Shown here in pieces: positions 20,280 through 31,271 of a DNA stretch of 64,000 bases. The stretch is taken from assembly GCA_902599555.1 (NCBI GenBank), contig CACKFQ010000003.1:607-64606 (forward strand), given 5' to 3'. The notes beneath the pieces are model-generated. The model saw nothing but the letters and a program-made list of their open reading frames with translations. It searched no databases and was not told the DNA's origin. Origin of the DNA: an uncultured Candidatus Actinomarina sp. (GTDB lineage: Bacteria > Actinomycetota > Acidimicrobiia > Actinomarinales > Actinomarinaceae). Every line of letters starts with the position of its first letter. Positions within the stretch are counted from its first letter, which is position 1. Made by a program: the position numbers and the translations under genes.

Positions 20280-20840
20280 CTATTCAAATTCCTTCAGTAT
20301 TAAGTTGTATATACTTTCAACTTCACCAACAGCATTTATCTTTGAAACTAATTTTTTTTGTTCGTAGTATTCAATTAAAGGAGCTGTGTCATTTTCATAA
20401 ACTTCAAGCCTAACTCTTACGGATTCTTCAGTGTCATCACTCCTGCCACTAGTTTCACCTCTATTTAAAATTCTTTTTATTAGCTCATCTCGGTCAGCTT
20501 CAAAAACGATAACTTTGGAAATTTTAAATTCTTCACTGATTTTATTTAGACTTTCTGCTTGAGCAATTGTTCTAGGAAAGCCATCTAATATTGCTCCGTT
20601 AACACAATCATTAGATAGAAGCCTTTCTTGCAGCATTTCAATGACCAAAGAATCCGGAACAAGCTTACCTTCATCAAGTAGATTTTTTGCCATTTTGCCA
20701 AGCTCAGTTTCATTGCTTACATGCCCACGAAGCATGTCGCCTGTTGATATGTGAGCAAGATTTTTTTCTTTAGCTAATGTTACTGCTTGAGTGCCTTTTC
20801 CAGCACCTGGTGGTCCTAGAAATATTACTAAATTGCTCAA
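20280..20840 (-). CDS. adk: adenylate kinase (short, Cys-free lid)
   Basis: 186 aa with the GPPGAGKGTQ P-loop. The lid segment has no Cys. Confidence 0.96.
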   Translation of the reverse strand: MSNLVIFLGPPGAGKGTQAVTLAKEKNLAHISTGDMLRGHVSNETELGKMAKNLLDEGKLVPDSLVIEMLQERLLSNDCVNGAILDGFPRTIAQAESLNKISEEFKISKVIVFEADRDELIKRILNRGETSGRSDDTEESVRVRLEVYENDTAPLIEYYEQKKLVSKINAVGEVESIYNLILKEFE

Positions 20841-22150
20841 TCAATGAATCCTTCATAATTTCGCATACTTAATTGGCTCTCAATTTGCTTCATAGTTTCC
20901 AAAGCTACACCAACTGTAATAAGAATTGAAATACCACTAAATCCCAGAGGTATATCCCATATAACAGATGCTATTGAAGGAAGGACCGCAACTGACGCTA
21001 AAAATACAGATCCCGGAAGAGTAATTCTATTAATAATATGTGAAAGATAATTGGTAGTAGAAATTCCAGGCCTAACTCCAGGTATAAAGCCACCCTGTCT
21101 TCTTATCATATCTGACTGACGAACAGGATCAAATTGGATTGTTGTATAAAAATAAGTAAAGAAAATTATCAATATACCAAGAAAGAAAACATAAAACCAC
21201 GTTGTCCCTTGAGAGTTAGCTAAATTAATGTCAATCCAATTTCTAATAGCGGCTGTAACATTATTGTCTTGTGGAAGAGAAGTAGCTACCAGAGCAGGGA
21301 AGAACAAAATACTAGTTGCAAATATTACTGGAATAACTCCAGCACTATTTACTTTCAATGGAATATATGTGCTTTGTCCGCCCATAACTTTTCTTCCTCT
21401 AACTCGTTTTGCAAACTGTATAGGAATTCTTCTTTGACCTTGTTCTACATAAATTATTCCAACAATCATAAGTATGAACATAACCATAAGAAACACGAAT
21501 TGACCTAACCTTCCTTGACCAGCTGTTACTTGATAAGAACTTCCAAACTGAGATGGTAATTGACTGACAATACTTGCAAAAATTATTAAAGACATACCAT
21601 TTCCAACACCCCTTTGAGAAATAAGCTCGCCGATCCACATAATAAACGCTGTACCAGCAGTCATTGTTAAGACTATTAGCCCAACTCGAGATGGTGTATA
21701 GTTTGGAATCAATGAGATTCCTCCAGTTAAACTTCCTCTAGAAAATAAGTAAGTAAGTGCTGTGGATTGCAATAGGGCTAAAACAACAGTTATATATCTT
21801 GTCCATTGTGTAATAACTTTTCTACCAGACTCACCCTCTTCTTGAAGTTTTTGCAACCTTGGAATTACAACAGTTAATAGCTGAAGGATAATACTGGCAG
21901 TTATGTAAGGCATTATTCCAAGAGCAAATACTGAAAAAGTCTCTAATGCTCCTCCAGAAAATAAATTAAGCAACCCGTATATACCAGCCTGTGATCCAGA
22001 ATCTGTAAGTCGTTGTACAGCATCAAGATCTACTCCTGGTACTGGTACAGCAGCTCCCAATCTATAAACAGCAAACATGAAAAGAGTAAAAAGTATTCTT
22101 TTTCTTAAATCTGGAATTTTGAATATATATCTAAAAATAGATAGTTTCAT
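20837..22150 (-). CDS. secY: preprotein translocase subunit SecY
   Basis: 437 aa, 10-TM pattern, with FALGIMPYITASIILQLL. Confidence 0.97.
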   Translation of the reverse strand: MKLSIFRYIFKIPDLRKRILFTLFMFAVYRLGAAVPVPGVDLDAVQRLTDSGSQAGIYGLLNLFSGGALETFSVFALGIMPYITASIILQLLTVVIPRLQKLQEEGESGRKVITQWTRYITVVLALLQSTALTYLFSRGSLTGGISLIPNYTPSRVGLIVLTMTAGTAFIMWIGELISQRGVGNGMSLIIFASIVSQLPSQFGSSYQVTAGQGRLGQFVFLMVMFILMIVGIIYVEQGQRRIPIQFAKRVRGRKVMGGQSTYIPLKVNSAGVIPVIFATSILFFPALVATSLPQDNNVTAAIRNWIDINLANSQGTTWFYVFFLGILIIFFTYFYTTIQFDPVRQSDMIRRQGGFIPGVRPGISTTNYLSHIINRITLPGSVFLASVAVLPSIASVIWDIPLGFSGISILITVGVALETMKQIESQLSMRNYEGFID

Positions 22151-22152
22151 AA

Positions 22153-22602
22153 TTACTCGTTAATAATTTCTACAGTACCGCCAGCACTTTCAATTTTGCT
22201 TTTAGCGACTTCACTTATAGCATGAATTTTCAAATCTATTTTTTTGGTAATTTCACCATCACCTAATATTTTTACCAAACCTTTTTTTCTAGTTAGTCCC
22301 ATCTCTCTTAGGATATCAGGAGTAACTTCACCTTCTAAATTCTTTTCTTCTAATTCACTGACATTGACAACAACATATGACATTTTTGCAGCATTTCCAA
22401 TACCCCTCACTTTAGGAATACGCCTATATAAAGGTATTTGACCACCCTCAAAATATGCTGGGACGGTTTTTCTTGCACCTGTACCCTTAGTTCCTCTACC
22501 AGCAGTCTTTCCTCTTTTACCTGATTCACCTCTACCTTTTCTTAATTTTTGCTTTGTAGATCCAGGTGTTGGTTTCAAATGATGAAATCTTAGTTTTTTC
22601 AT
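22153..22602 (-). CDS. rplO: 50S ribosomal protein L15
   Basis: 149 aa with a Gly/Lys/Arg-rich N-terminus (GRGESGKRGKTAGRGTKG). Confidence 0.96.
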   Translation of the reverse strand: MKKLRFHHLKPTPGSTKQKLRKGRGESGKRGKTAGRGTKGTGARKTVPAYFEGGQIPLYRRIPKVRGIGNAAKMSYVVVNVSELEEKNLEGEVTPDILREMGLTRKKGLVKILGDGEITKKIDLKIHAISEVAKSKIESAGGTVEIINE

Positions 22603-22603
22603 A

Positions 22604-22783
22604 TTATTTAATCTCTTCTATTTCTACTAAATGTTCAATTTTGTGAAGCATTCCTTCAACCATTGGATTGAGCTCTCTTTCAGTTGAAGAATTAATTTTC
22701 TTAAGACCTAAACTTCTTACAGTCTCTCGAGCTTTTGGTTTTTGTCCAATTAAGCTTCTTTTTAAAGTAATTTTAACTTTCAT
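22604..22783 (-). CDS. rpmD: 50S ribosomal protein L30
   Basis: Hand translation gives [59 protein letters not shown]. At 59 aa it is just under the track cutoff. Canonical rpsE-rpmD-rplO slot. Confidence 0.92.
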   Translation of the reverse strand: MKVKITLKRSLIGQKPKARETVRSLGLKKINSSTERELNPMVEGMLHKIEHLVEIEEIK

Positions 22784-23324
22784 CTGCTACCTTTACTTTT
22801 TTTTCAGCTTTAGTTTTTTCATATGCCTCAACTAACCCAGCTGGTGCGACCTCTGATGGTTTTTTTCCTCTAAGTACAGCAACCATGTCTGGTGTTCTTT
22901 GATTTAACAATCCATTGATTGTTGCTTTGGCAACATTGAGATGAGTAGGTGAACCTAGGGATTTTGCCAGTATATCTTTAACTCCAGCAACTTCAAGTAC
23001 CTGCCTAGCTGCACCTCCAGCAATAACTCCTGTACCTGGAGCTGCTGGTTTTAGAAGAACTCGTGAAGATCCATGCTTTCCAATTATCGAGTGAACAATT
23101 GTTGAACCTGCCATTGGAATATCTTGAATATTTTTTTTGGCATTTTCAATAGCTTTTTGAATAGCTAGTGGAACTTCAGATCCTTTTCCATACCCAATGC
23201 CAGCCTTTCCATTTCCATCTCCAACTGCTACAAGAGCAGTAAATGCAAAATTTCTTCCACCCTTTACCACTTTGGCCACTCTATTAATGTGGATTACACT
23301 TTCTTGAAGTTCTAACTCAGCCAT
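22773..23324 (-). CDS. rpsE: 30S ribosomal protein S5
   Basis: 183 aa with ...[20 protein letters not shown]. Confidence 0.97.
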   Translation of the reverse strand: MAELELQESVIHINRVAKVVKGGRNFAFTALVAVGDGNGKAGIGYGKGSEVPLAIQKAIENAKKNIQDIPMAGSTIVHSIIGKHGSSRVLLKPAAPGTGVIAGGAARQVLEVAGVKDILAKSLGSPTHLNVAKATINGLLNQRTPDMVAVLRGKKPSEVAPAGLVEAYEKTKAEKKVKVADES

Positions 23325-23671
23325 TAAAATTCAATTCCTTTGTCTCTAATTCCATCTGCTAAAGATTTGACTCTGCCGTGGTAAACATAGCCACCTCTAT
23401 CAAAAACTGCTTTTGAAATTTTAAGGTCATTTAGCTTTTTACCCATAAGTTCTCCTACCTCTTTTGAGGCGTCGACTGATAGATTTTTAGATTTAACTTC
23501 TTTTGAAAGAGTGCTAGCTGATGCTATAGTTATTTGATTTAAATCATCTATAGCCTGTACGTATATATTGTTGTTGCTTTTAAAAACAGCAATACGCGGA
23601 ACAGAAGCTGTTCCGTTGATTTTTTTTCTAATTCTTATTTTTCTGTGTTGTCTTTTGTCTTTAATTTTCAT
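23324..23671 (-). CDS. rplR: 50S ribosomal protein L18
   Basis: 115 aa with ...[15 protein letters not shown]...FDRGGY.YHGRVK.LADG.R..G..F. Confidence 0.96.
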   Translation of the reverse strand: MKIKDKRQHRKIRIRKKINGTASVPRIAVFKSNNNIYVQAIDDLNQITIASASTLSKEVKSKNLSVDASKEVGELMGKKLNDLKISKAVFDRGGYVYHGRVKSLADGIRDKGIEF

Positions 23672-23679
23672 AATATTTT

Positions 23680-24231
23680 TTATGCTCCAGCGGTTACAGC
23701 AGCTTTACCTGCTTTTCTTCTAACATATTCATCTTCATACCTGATACCTTTACCCTTATATGGCTCAGGTGGTTTAATAGCTCTAATATTTGCTGACACT
23801 TGCCCAACAAGTGCCTTGTCTATTCCAGAAACAATAATTGTATTTTGATCTGGAACTTCAAAATTTATACCTTCAACTTTTTTGAAAATTACAGGATGTG
23901 AAAATCCACAAAGGATTTCGATATCATTACCCTTCAAAGTTACTCTATGTCCAACGCCTTGTAATAATAAGGTCTTCTTATAACCTTCCAAAACTCCTTG
24001 AATATTGTTCGCAATTAAAGATCTATACAATCCATGAAGGCTTCTAACTTCAGCAACTTCAGAACTTCTAGAAAAATTTAAAATTTTTTCATTAATCTCG
24101 TAATTTATTCTGTCATCAACTATCTCAACTGTTAGCTCACCTTTAGGACCTTTAACAGAAATTAAATTTCCCTCGATTTTCAATTCTACTTTTTCAGGTA
24201 TTTCAATTGGTTTGTTTCCAATCCTACTCAT
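23680..24231 (-). CDS. rplF: 50S ribosomal protein L6
   Basis: 183 aa, MSRIGNKPI.IP.... Confidence 0.97.
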   Translation of the reverse strand: MSRIGNKPIEIPEKVELKIEGNLISVKGPKGELTVEIVDDRINYEINEKILNFSRSSEVAEVRSLHGLYRSLIANNIQGVLEGYKKTLLLQGVGHRVTLKGNDIEILCGFSHPVIFKKVEGINFEVPDQNTIIVSGIDKALVGQVSANIRAIKPPEPYKGKGIRYEDEYVRRKAGKAAVTAGA

Positions 24232-24626
24232 GACCAGACCTCACAAATTAATTCTCCACCAAGTTTTCTTTTTCGAGCTTCAGAATCTGGTAATAAGCCT
24301 CTTGAAGTTGAAACTACAACAGTTCCCAACCCACCATTATTTCTTGGGAGTGAATCAGAACCTACATAAAGTCTTCTTCCTGGTTTGCTGAGTCTGTTCA
24401 AGCCAGCTAAAACTGGTGAACCATCTAAAGAATATTTTAAATCTATTTCTATCTGTTTATTTGAACCATCTCCAGAAACTTTAACGTCACTAATATACCC
24501 CTCATCCTTTAAAAGTTTTGAAAGTTCTAGTTTGAACTTTGAATGAGGTACCAAAACGGATGGCTTGCTGACCATTGATGCATTTCTTATTCTTGTAAGA
24601 AAATCTGAAATTGGATCTGAATTCAT
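24228..24626 (-). CDS. rpsH: 30S ribosomal protein S8
   Basis: 132 aa with DPISD.LTRIRNA.... Confidence 0.97.
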   Translation of the reverse strand: MNSDPISDFLTRIRNASMVSKPSVLVPHSKFKLELSKLLKDEGYISDVKVSGDGSNKQIEIDLKYSLDGSPVLAGLNRLSKPGRRLYVGSDSLPRNNGGLGTVVVSTSRGLLPDSEARKRKLGGELICEVWS

Positions 24627-24628
24627 TT

Positions 24629-24934
24629 TTACCAGGAAGCTTTCTTAATACCAGGCAACTCACCTTTTAATGCTAAATCTCTAAATGTATTTCTTGACAT
24701 TCCAAATTTTCTGAGGGTACCTCTAGGTCTACCTGTTACTTCGCATCGGTTTCGATGTCTTGTAGCAGACGCATCTCTCGGCATTTTTGCAATCTTTTTT
24801 TGAGCTTCACGTTTTTCATCATATGATGTATTAGGATCTTTAATGACCTTAAGCAATTCTTGGCGTCTTTCAGCATAAACTGAGATTGCTCTCTTTCTTT
24901 GATTGTTTTTTACTATTTTGCTCGTTTTTGCCAT
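24629..24934 (-). CDS. rpsN: 30S ribosomal protein S14, long non-zinc-ribbon (C-minus) form
   Basis: 101 aa, ends ...LPGIKKASW. It has a single Cys and no CxxC pairs. Confidence 0.95.
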   Translation of the reverse strand: MAKTSKIVKNNQRKRAISVYAERRQELLKVIKDPNTSYDEKREAQKKIAKMPRDASATRHRNRCEVTGRPRGTLRKFGMSRNTFRDLALKGELPGIKKASW

Positions 24935-24936
24935 AA

Positions 24937-25482
24937 TTAATTCTCCCTAAATGGAAATCCTAGCGATTGTAATAATACATAACCTTTTTCGTTATCGTTA
25001 GCAGAAGTACAAATTGTAATATTCATTCCTCTAATATCTCTAACCTTGTCATATTCAACTTCAGGAAAAACCAACTGTTCATTTAATCCAAGTGTGTAAT
25101 TTCCGTTTCCATCAAATGATTTTTTATTAAAACCTCTAAAGTCACGAATTCTTGGGACAACGACTTGTACAAACCTGTCATAAAATTCCCACATTCTGTC
25201 ACCTCTTAAAGTGACAGATGTACCAATTGGCATACCTTCTCTAATTTTAAATCCAGCAATTGATTTTTTTGCTCTTCTAATTACAGGTTTTTGTCCAGAA
25301 ATTGCAGTTAGTTCATTAACCATAGACTCAAGCGCTCTACCATCTGTAGCTGCTTTTCCATCACCGATATTGATAATTATTTTTTCAAGACTTGGTATTT
25401 CATTTACATTACTCAATTGAAGCTCAGACATAATCTTTTGCTTTAACTCGGTATTAAACTGCTCTTTTAGTCTAGGAATCAT
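24937..25482 (-). CDS. rplE: 50S ribosomal protein L5
   Basis: 181 aa; spc-operon order. Confidence 0.97.
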   Translation of the reverse strand: MIPRLKEQFNTELKQKIMSELQLSNVNEIPSLEKIIINIGDGKAATDGRALESMVNELTAISGQKPVIRRAKKSIAGFKIREGMPIGTSVTLRGDRMWEFYDRFVQVVVPRIRDFRGFNKKSFDGNGNYTLGLNEQLVFPEVEYDKVRDIRGMNITICTSANDNEKGYVLLQSLGFPFREN

Positions 25483-25781
25483 ACTTCATCACCTGTCTGG
25501 GCTAGTACTCTATATTTTTTGCCATTTTTATCAAACTTATATCCAACTCGTCCCGATTTCTTTTTTACAACTAATGCAACATTGGACACGTTTATTGGCA
25601 TACTTTTATCAATAACTCCGCCTTGCATTGTTTGACCCTGTGGTTTTTGATGTTTTTTATTAACATTCACTCCCTCAACTAGGACAGTTCCTTTTTTTGG
25701 AAATGCTTGTAAAACTTTTCCTTGTTTTCCAGCATCTTTTCCTGATATTACTTTTACCATGTCTCCTTTTTGGATTTTCAT
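25479..25781 (-). CDS. rplX: 50S ribosomal protein L24
   Basis: 100 aa, MKI.KGD.V.VI.GKD.GK.G.V (KOW motif). Confidence 0.96.
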   Translation of the reverse strand: MKIQKGDMVKVISGKDAGKQGKVLQAFPKKGTVLVEGVNVNKKHQKPQGQTMQGGVIDKSMPINVSNVALVVKKKSGRVGYKFDKNGKKYRVLAQTGDEV

Positions 25782-26149
25782 TACAAAACCTCCGGAGCTA
25801 AAGACACTATTCTCATAAACTTTTTTTCTCTTAATTCTCTACCTACTGGTCCAAAAATTCTTGTTCCTCGAGGTTGCTCTTGTTCATTAATAATTACACA
25901 CGCATTTTCGTCAAAACGTATATAAGTTCCATCTTTTCTTCTAGTTTCTTTCTTGGTTCTAACAACAACGGCTTGAACGATGTCACCTTTTTTGATTTGA
26001 CCACCTGGAATAGCGTCTTTTACTGTAGCAACAAAAGTATCTCCTAGTTCAGCATATCTAATTCGAGAGCTTCCTTTAACTTTGATACAAAGTACTTCTT
26101 TTGCTCCAGAGTTGTCAGCAACTTTAAGTCTAGATTCTTTTTGAATCAT
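25781..26149 (-). CDS. rplN: 50S ribosomal protein L14
   Basis: 122 aa, [16 protein letters not shown].... Confidence 0.98.
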   Translation of the reverse strand: MIQKESRLKVADNSGAKEVLCIKVKGSSRIRYAELGDTFVATVKDAIPGGQIKKGDIVQAVVVRTKKETRRKDGTYIRFDENACVIINEQEQPRGTRIFGPVGRELREKKFMRIVSLAPEVL

Positions 26150-26409
26150 CTTGCCCTCTCCACCACTTCAGTTACACGCCATTTTTTTGTTTTAGAAAAT
26201 GGTTTAGTTTCCATTATTTTGACTGTATCGCCTACTTTTGCTTCAAAACTTTCATCATGAGCATGTAATTTTCTTGTCTTTTTAACAATTTTTTTGTATT
26301 TTGGATGAGGAAATTGAAGTTCTATTGCAACTGTTACGGTTTTTTCACGAGCATCAGAAACAACTATTCCGGTCCTTACTTTTCTTGATGATCTTTCCAT
26401 ACTTTCCAT
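26146..26409 (-). CDS. rpsQ: 30S ribosomal protein S17
   Basis: 87 aa with ...HPKYKK......K..AHDE....GD.V.I.E..P.SK.K.W. Confidence 0.96.
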   Translation of the reverse strand: MESMERSSRKVRTGIVVSDAREKTVTVAIELQFPHPKYKKIVKKTRKLHAHDESFEAKVGDTVKIMETKPFSKTKKWRVTEVVERAR

Positions 26410-26621
26410 TATTCAGTTACCTCATTATTTAATTCGCTTAGTTTTTCAGTTAAAACTGTGTTTGCTTGTGCAATCTCTTTTTTAATTTTTCTAAAAATGG
26501 AAGTGTCTTCTATTTGGCTTGTTGCAAGTGCAAACCTAGAATCCATAAGTTCTTTTTTCAAATCAACAATTTTATTTTCTAATTCTTGAACAGATAGTTC
26601 TCTTAAATCATTAACACTCAT
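26409..26621 (-). CDS. rpmC: 50S ribosomal protein L29
   Basis: 70 aa helical protein in the canonical rplP-rpmC-rpsQ slot. Confidence 0.93.
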   Translation of the reverse strand: MSVNDLRELSVQELENKIVDLKKELMDSRFALATSQIEDTSIFRKIKKEIAQANTVLTEKLSELNNEVTE

Positions 26622-27031
26622 ACGTTGTCCCTCATAACAAATTTAGTTTTCATAGGTAGCTTGTGACCAGCTTTTCTCATTGCTTCACGAGCAACATCCT
26701 CCGACACACCGGATATTTCAAATAGTATACGACCCGGCTTAACCACCGCCACATAATATTCAACATTTCCTTTACCAGACCCCATTCTTACTTCTGCAGG
26801 TTTTTTTGTAATTGGTTTGTGAGGAAAGATATTAATCCATACTTTACCGCCACGTTTCATGGTTCGTGTAATTGTAATTCTTGCAGCTTCTATTTGTCTG
26901 GCAGTGACATATGAGGTTTCGACTGCTTGTATACCAAAGTCACCAAATGCAACAACGTTACCACCTTTTGAATTACCTTTTCGTCTTCCTCGAAAAGACT
27001 TTCTATATTTTGTTTTCTTTGGCATTAACAT
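26618..27031 (-). CDS. rplP: 50S ribosomal protein L16
   Basis: 137 aa, [14 protein letters not shown].... Confidence 0.97.
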   Translation of the reverse strand: MLMPKKTKYRKSFRGRRKGNSKGGNVVAFGDFGIQAVETSYVTARQIEAARITITRTMKRGGKVWINIFPHKPITKKPAEVRMGSGKGNVEYYVAVVKPGRILFEISGVSEDVAREAMRKAGHKLPMKTKFVMRDNV

Positions 27032-27035
27032 ATAT

Positions 27036-27935
27036 TTACTCTTCTTCTAAAATTGATTTTTCTTCTTCAAACTTTGCTTGAGCGTCTTCTTTAGTAATTT
27101 TTTTACCACCACCAGCTTCAACTATTTTTGATGATTGTTCCTCATTAGCTTTTTTACCACCACCAGCTTCTAAAATTTTTGATTCTTTATTTTCTCCAAC
27201 AGCAGCTTCCGCTCTTGATTTAACTGATTTAACTCTTCCAGCTGCTGGACCACCACTAGCTAAGTTTGCTTCCGCAGATATTTTTTCTTGTCTAAGCTTG
27301 TTTGAACCAACAACATCACCTTTGTATACCCAAACTTTTACACCGATTGCTCCGACTGTTGTGTGTGCTGCTGCTCTTCCAAAATCTATGTCGGCACGTA
27401 ATGTATGGAGAGGAACTCTTCCTTCTCTGTACCACTCTCTTCTTCCCATTTCTGCTCCACCAAGTCTTCCAGAACATTCAACTCTAACACCTTCGGCACC
27501 AGCTTTTAATGCAGCGGTAACAGCTCTTTTCATAGCCCTTCTAAAAGCTACTCTGTTTTCTAATTGATCTGCTATTCCTCTAGCCAAAAGTTGAGCATCT
27601 AATTCTGCTTCTCTGATTTCAATAATGTTTAGCTTTACTGGTTGCTTAGATAACTTTTCAATACCTTTTCTTAACCTGTCAGCTTCAACACCTTTACGGC
27701 CGATTACTACTCCTGGTCTGGCTGTATGTATATCAACAGTCAGTGTTCCACCTTTGTCTCTTCTTTCAATGTCGATACGAGATACAGCAGCCTTAGGAAG
27801 CTGTTGTGATAGAAAATCTCTAATTTGATAATCTTGATTAACTAAGTCCTTGTAATCTTTGCTGTTGAACCAACGAGATTTCCAATCATTTACAATACCA
27901 ATTCTAAATGCGTAAGGATGTGTTTTTTGACCCAT
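27036..27935 (-). CDS. rpsC: 30S ribosomal protein S3 with about 85-aa C-terminal low-complexity extension
   Basis: 299 aa. N-terminus MGQKTHP..FR.G....W.S.W with KH/S3-C domains. The tail contains the two 17-aa repeats [17 protein letters not shown] and [17 protein letters not shown]. Confidence 0.96.
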   Translation of the reverse strand: MGQKTHPYAFRIGIVNDWKSRWFNSKDYKDLVNQDYQIRDFLSQQLPKAAVSRIDIERRDKGGTLTVDIHTARPGVVIGRKGVEADRLRKGIEKLSKQPVKLNIIEIREAELDAQLLARGIADQLENRVAFRRAMKRAVTAALKAGAEGVRVECSGRLGGAEMGRREWYREGRVPLHTLRADIDFGRAAAHTTVGAIGVKVWVYKGDVVGSNKLRQEKISAEANLASGGPAAGRVKSVKSRAEAAVGENKESKILEAGGGKKANEEQSSKIVEAGGGKKITKEDAQAKFEEEKSILEEE

Positions 27936-28282
27936 TATTCACCCACACTTTCTAGCTCAATTAGTAAATGAGTTGTTCTTTTATTAATTCTTCCAGCCCT
28001 ACCTCTTGCACGTGGTCTGAAACGTTTTAGTGTTGGCCCTTCATTAGCAATTGCTTTTGAAATATAAAGATCAGAAGAATCTAAATTATAGTTTGCTTCA
28101 GCATTAGCAATAGCACTTTCGAGAAGTTGTTTAATTTCAGTAGCTGCTTTTCTTTTTGTAAAAGTTAATACATTTAAAGCATCTTGGACATCAAGCCCTC
28201 TAATGAGATTTAAAACAAGTCTCATTTTATAAGGAGATTGCCTTAAATATTTACTTTGTGCTTTTACGGTTGTTTTTTCCAT
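27935..28282 (-). CDS. rplV: 50S ribosomal protein L22
   Basis: 115 aa; S10-operon order. Confidence 0.96.
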   Translation of the reverse strand: MEKTTVKAQSKYLRQSPYKMRLVLNLIRGLDVQDALNVLTFTKRKAATEIKQLLESAIANAEANYNLDSSDLYISKAIANEGPTLKRFRPRARGRAGRINKRTTHLLIELESVGE

Positions 28283-28545
28283 TAGCTTTGTCCTGGGTGT
28301 CCTTTAAATGTTCTTGTTGGTGAAAACTCTCCGAGTTTGTGACCAACCATTGCTTCTGTTATGAATACTGGTAAGTGTTGTCTTCCATTATGTACAGCTA
28401 TTGTTAAACCAACCATTTCAGGGACAACAGTTGAGCGACGACTCCAAGTCTTTATGACTCCCTTGTTGCCTGTATTTTGAGCTTCTTCTACTTTTTTTAA
28501 TAGATGTTCATCAACAAATGGTCCTTTTCTTAAACTTCTTGACAT
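28282..28545 (-). CDS. rpsS: 30S ribosomal protein S19
   Basis: 87 aa, [13 protein letters not shown].... Confidence 0.97.
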   Translation of the reverse strand: MSRSLRKGPFVDEHLLKKVEEAQNTGNKGVIKTWSRRSTVVPEMVGLTIAVHNGRQHLPVFITEAMVGHKLGEFSPTRTFKGHPGQS

Positions 28546-28546
28546 A

Positions 28547-29380
28547 TTAGTTTCTTCCCTTTTGAGATCTACGTCTCACAATTGATTTATTGCTATATTT
28601 ATTTTTCTTTCTAGTCTTTTTCTCAGGTTTTCCCCATGGGCTTACAGGAACACGACCTCCAGAAGATTTACCTTCTCCACCACCAAGTGGGTGGTCAACA
28701 GGGTTCATAGCAACACCTCTAGTCTGTGGCCTTACACCTTTCCATCTATTTCGTCCTGCTTTTCCTAACTTTGTTAATTCTGCCTCTGCATTACCTACAG
28801 TTCCGACAGTTGCTCTACAGTCCATAGGAACATTTCTCATCTCACCAGATGGAAGTCTTAATAGTGCTGTGTCGCCTTCTTTGCTCATTAACTGCACTGA
28901 AGATCCTGCAGATCGAGCCATTTTGGCCCCTCCACCAGGTCTTAACTCTACAGCATGAACAAATGTACCAGCGGGAATGTTTCTTAATGGAAGACAGTTT
29001 CCGTCTTTTATGTCTGCTTTAGAACCAGACTCAATAATTGAATCTACTTCAACTCCATCTGGCGCAATAATATAAGCTTTTTCACCATCAACATAATGAA
29101 GTAGTGCTATTCTTGCATTTCTGTTTGGATCATATTCTATTCCGGCTACTCTTGCTGGAATTCCATCTTTAATTCTCTTAAAATCTATAACCCTATACTT
29201 CTGTTTATGTCCGCCGCCTCTATGACGAGATGTTATTCGACCTTTATTATTTCTTCCACCAGATGATTTTTTAGACTGTAATAATGACTTTTCAGGCTTC
29301 TTTTTTGTAATATCTTTAAAGTCTGTTGAAACTTGGCCTCTCATGCCCGGAGTAACTGGTCTAATTTTTTTTGAACCCAT
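28547..29380 (-). CDS. rplB: 50S ribosomal protein L2
   Basis: 277 aa with ...GGGHKQ.YR.IDF.R... and ...MNPVDHP.GGGEG. Confidence 0.98.
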   Translation of the reverse strand: MGSKKIRPVTPGMRGQVSTDFKDITKKKPEKSLLQSKKSSGGRNNKGRITSRHRGGGHKQKYRVIDFKRIKDGIPARVAGIEYDPNRNARIALLHYVDGEKAYIIAPDGVEVDSIIESGSKADIKDGNCLPLRNIPAGTFVHAVELRPGGGAKMARSAGSSVQLMSKEGDTALLRLPSGEMRNVPMDCRATVGTVGNAEAELTKLGKAGRNRWKGVRPQTRGVAMNPVDHPLGGGEGKSSGGRVPVSPWGKPEKKTRKKNKYSNKSIVRRRSQKGRN

Positions 29381-29382
29381 AA

Positions 29383-29670
29383 TTAAACTCCAAAAGCCTC
29401 GATAGTATCACCTTCAGAAAGTGTAACTATTGCTATTTTTCTAGTACTTTGTTGGCCAAATACATATCCAAATCTTTTCTTCTTGCCTTTGCGGTACATT
29501 GTGTTAACTCTGAGTACATTTACATCAAACATCTGTTCAACGGCTTTTTTGATTTGAGGCTTATCAGTTTTTGGGTGAACAAAAAATGTATAAGAATTTG
29601 AGTCAGCAATTCTATCGTAGGATTTTTCTGAAATAACTGGCGCAATCAAAACATCTTCGAGGTACTTCAC
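29383..29670 (-). CDS. rplW: 50S ribosomal protein L23
   Basis: 95 aa; S10-operon order. Confidence 0.95.
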   Translation of the reverse strand: MKYLEDVLIAPVISEKSYDRIADSNSYTFFVHPKTDKPQIKKAVEQMFDVNVLRVNTMYRKGKKKRFGYVFGQQSTRKIAIVTLSEGDTIEAFGV

Positions 29671-30290
29671 GATTCATCCCCCAAATATTTCGAAATAGCA
29701 TTTGTAGAAAAAATTGTATCATCTGTTGATATGATATCTATTGCAGCAACTTTATTTACAGAGACTAATTTTGAGTCTTCTAGGTTTCTGAATGACTTGA
29801 ATAAAACTTCATCTTCATCAGCATAAACCAATGTAAAGCTTCTTTTAATATCAAATTCTTTTATAGCTGAGGCAGCTAATTTAGTTGATGGAGATTCTAT
29901 ACCATTCCCATCGATCACAAAAACTGATTCTTCTGAAATTCTTTGAGAAATCGCCATGGCTAATGCCTTGCTTTTCATTTTTTTTGGTGTCCTGTCTTTG
30001 TATACCCTAGTTCCAGGACCATGAGCAACACCACCACCAACAAATTGTGGAGATCTTAAAGAACCTTGACGTGCTCGTCCTGTTCCTTTTTGAGCCCAAG
30101 GTTTAGCACCAGTACCAGAAACTTGCGCCCTTGTTTTAACCGATGCAGTATTATTTCTAAAGTTTGTTCTACTTCCCTTTACAACTTGATGTAAAAGGCC
30201 AACATTTATTTCTTCAATTGGTTCAAATTTATACTGTTTTTTTGAAACTTTGTTTTCTTTTGTATTTAAGGTATCTAATTTAACACTCAT
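29667..30290 (-). CDS. rplD: 50S ribosomal protein L4
   Basis: 207 aa with ...KPW.QKGTGRARQGS.RSPQ..GGG.A.GP. Confidence 0.97.
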   Translation of the reverse strand: MSVKLDTLNTKENKVSKKQYKFEPIEEINVGLLHQVVKGSRTNFRNNTASVKTRAQVSGTGAKPWAQKGTGRARQGSLRSPQFVGGGVAHGPGTRVYKDRTPKKMKSKALAMAISQRISEESVFVIDGNGIESPSTKLAASAIKEFDIKRSFTLVYADEDEVLFKSFRNLEDSKLVSVNKVAAIDIISTDDTIFSTNAISKYLGDES

Positions 30291-30919
30291 TGCTTAACCT
30301 TTACAGCCTTTTGAACTTTTACAATATTCCCCTTATTGCCAGGTACTGAACCGTTTACCAATAAGTAATTTTTTTCTTCATTTAGACCAACAATGGTAAC
30401 TGATTGTATTGTTGACTTTTCATTTCCCATTCTTCCAGCCATTTTTTGACCTTTAAATACATGTCCTGGATATGAAGCATTACCAATAGAACCACCTGCT
30501 CTATGCACTTTATGAACACCGTGGCTAGCTTTTTGGCCTGAAAAATTATGTCTTTTCATTACTCCAGCAAATCCTTTTCCTTTTGAAATGCCTGAAATGT
30601 CTACTTTTTGTCCAACTTCGAAAACGTCTGAAACTTTCACTACAGCACCAGGATCTAATTCAAAACTTTCGTCTACTTCGACTTCGAAAACAATTTCCCC
30701 TGGTTCAGAGTTATATTTTTTGAAATGATTTTGGAGAGGTTTAGTAGAGTTTTTTTTGGTTCCTATTGTAAGCTGTGCTGCACTATATCCATCTACTTCG
30801 TTGTTTTTTATCTGAACTACTCTACAATCTGAAACATCTAGAACAGTAACTCCTAGGGCTTTTGAGTTCTCATCAAATATCTGAGTCATACCAACTTTTC
30901 TAGCTATTAAAGTGTTCAT
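30287..30919 (-). CDS. rplC: 50S ribosomal protein L3
   Basis: 210 aa with ...GKGF.G.MKRHNF.G...SHG....HR..GS.G. Confidence 0.97.
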   Translation of the reverse strand: MNTLIARKVGMTQIFDENSKALGVTVLDVSDCRVVQIKNNEVDGYSAAQLTIGTKKNSTKPLQNHFKKYNSEPGEIVFEVEVDESFELDPGAVVKVSDVFEVGQKVDISGISKGKGFAGVMKRHNFSGQKASHGVHKVHRAGGSIGNASYPGHVFKGQKMAGRMGNEKSTIQSVTIVGLNEEKNYLLVNGSVPGNKGNIVKVQKAVKVKQ

Positions 30920-31227
30920 AATTTAATCTCTACTTCAACGCCTGCTGGTAGATCGAGTCTCATAAGAGAGTCAACTGTTTTTGGAGTAGGTTCAACTATA
31001 TCAATCAATCGCTTATGAATTCTCATTTCAAAATGTTCACGAGACTTTTTATCTACGTGAGGTGACCTGATTACGCAGTATCTATGTATTTGAGTTGGTA
31101 ACGGAACCGGACCTTTAACTTTTGCTTGTGTTTTTAGAACTGTTTCAGCAATTTTACGTGCAGATTCATCAACAACATAGTTGTCGTAAGCTTTAAGCTT
31201 TATTCTAATTTGTTGTCCTTTTGCCAT
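30916..31227 (-). CDS. rpsJ: 30S ribosomal protein S10
   Basis: 103 aa, ...IRIKLKAYD....D.....I.... Confidence 0.97.
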   Translation of the reverse strand: MAKGQQIRIKLKAYDNYVVDESARKIAETVLKTQAKVKGPVPLPTQIHRYCVIRSPHVDKKSREHFEMRIHKRLIDIVEPTPKTVDSLMRLDLPAGVEVEIKL

Positions 31228-31236
31228 TTTTTCCTC

Positions 31237-31271
31237 AAAAAAAACCGGGAGTATGAATTCTACTCCCGGTT
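31237..31271 (-). terminator. strong intrinsic terminator after tuf, abutting the rpsJ RBS
   Basis: On the minus strand an 11-bp stem AACCGGGAGUA/UACUCCCGGUU (31271-31261 / 31253-31243), a 7-nt loop, then U8 (31244-31237). GAGGAA (31236-31231) and the rpsJ ATG (31227) follow immediately. Confidence 0.75.

Noticed and set aside
21399-21638. 79-aa minus-strand alternative-frame ORF inside secY; similar ones occur inside tuf (31438-31737), rpoC (37665-37865) and nuoN (53044-53313)
   Set aside because: These are same-strand out-of-frame ORFs embedded in highly conserved genes, with odd Cys/Trp-rich or low-complexity composition and no RBS.
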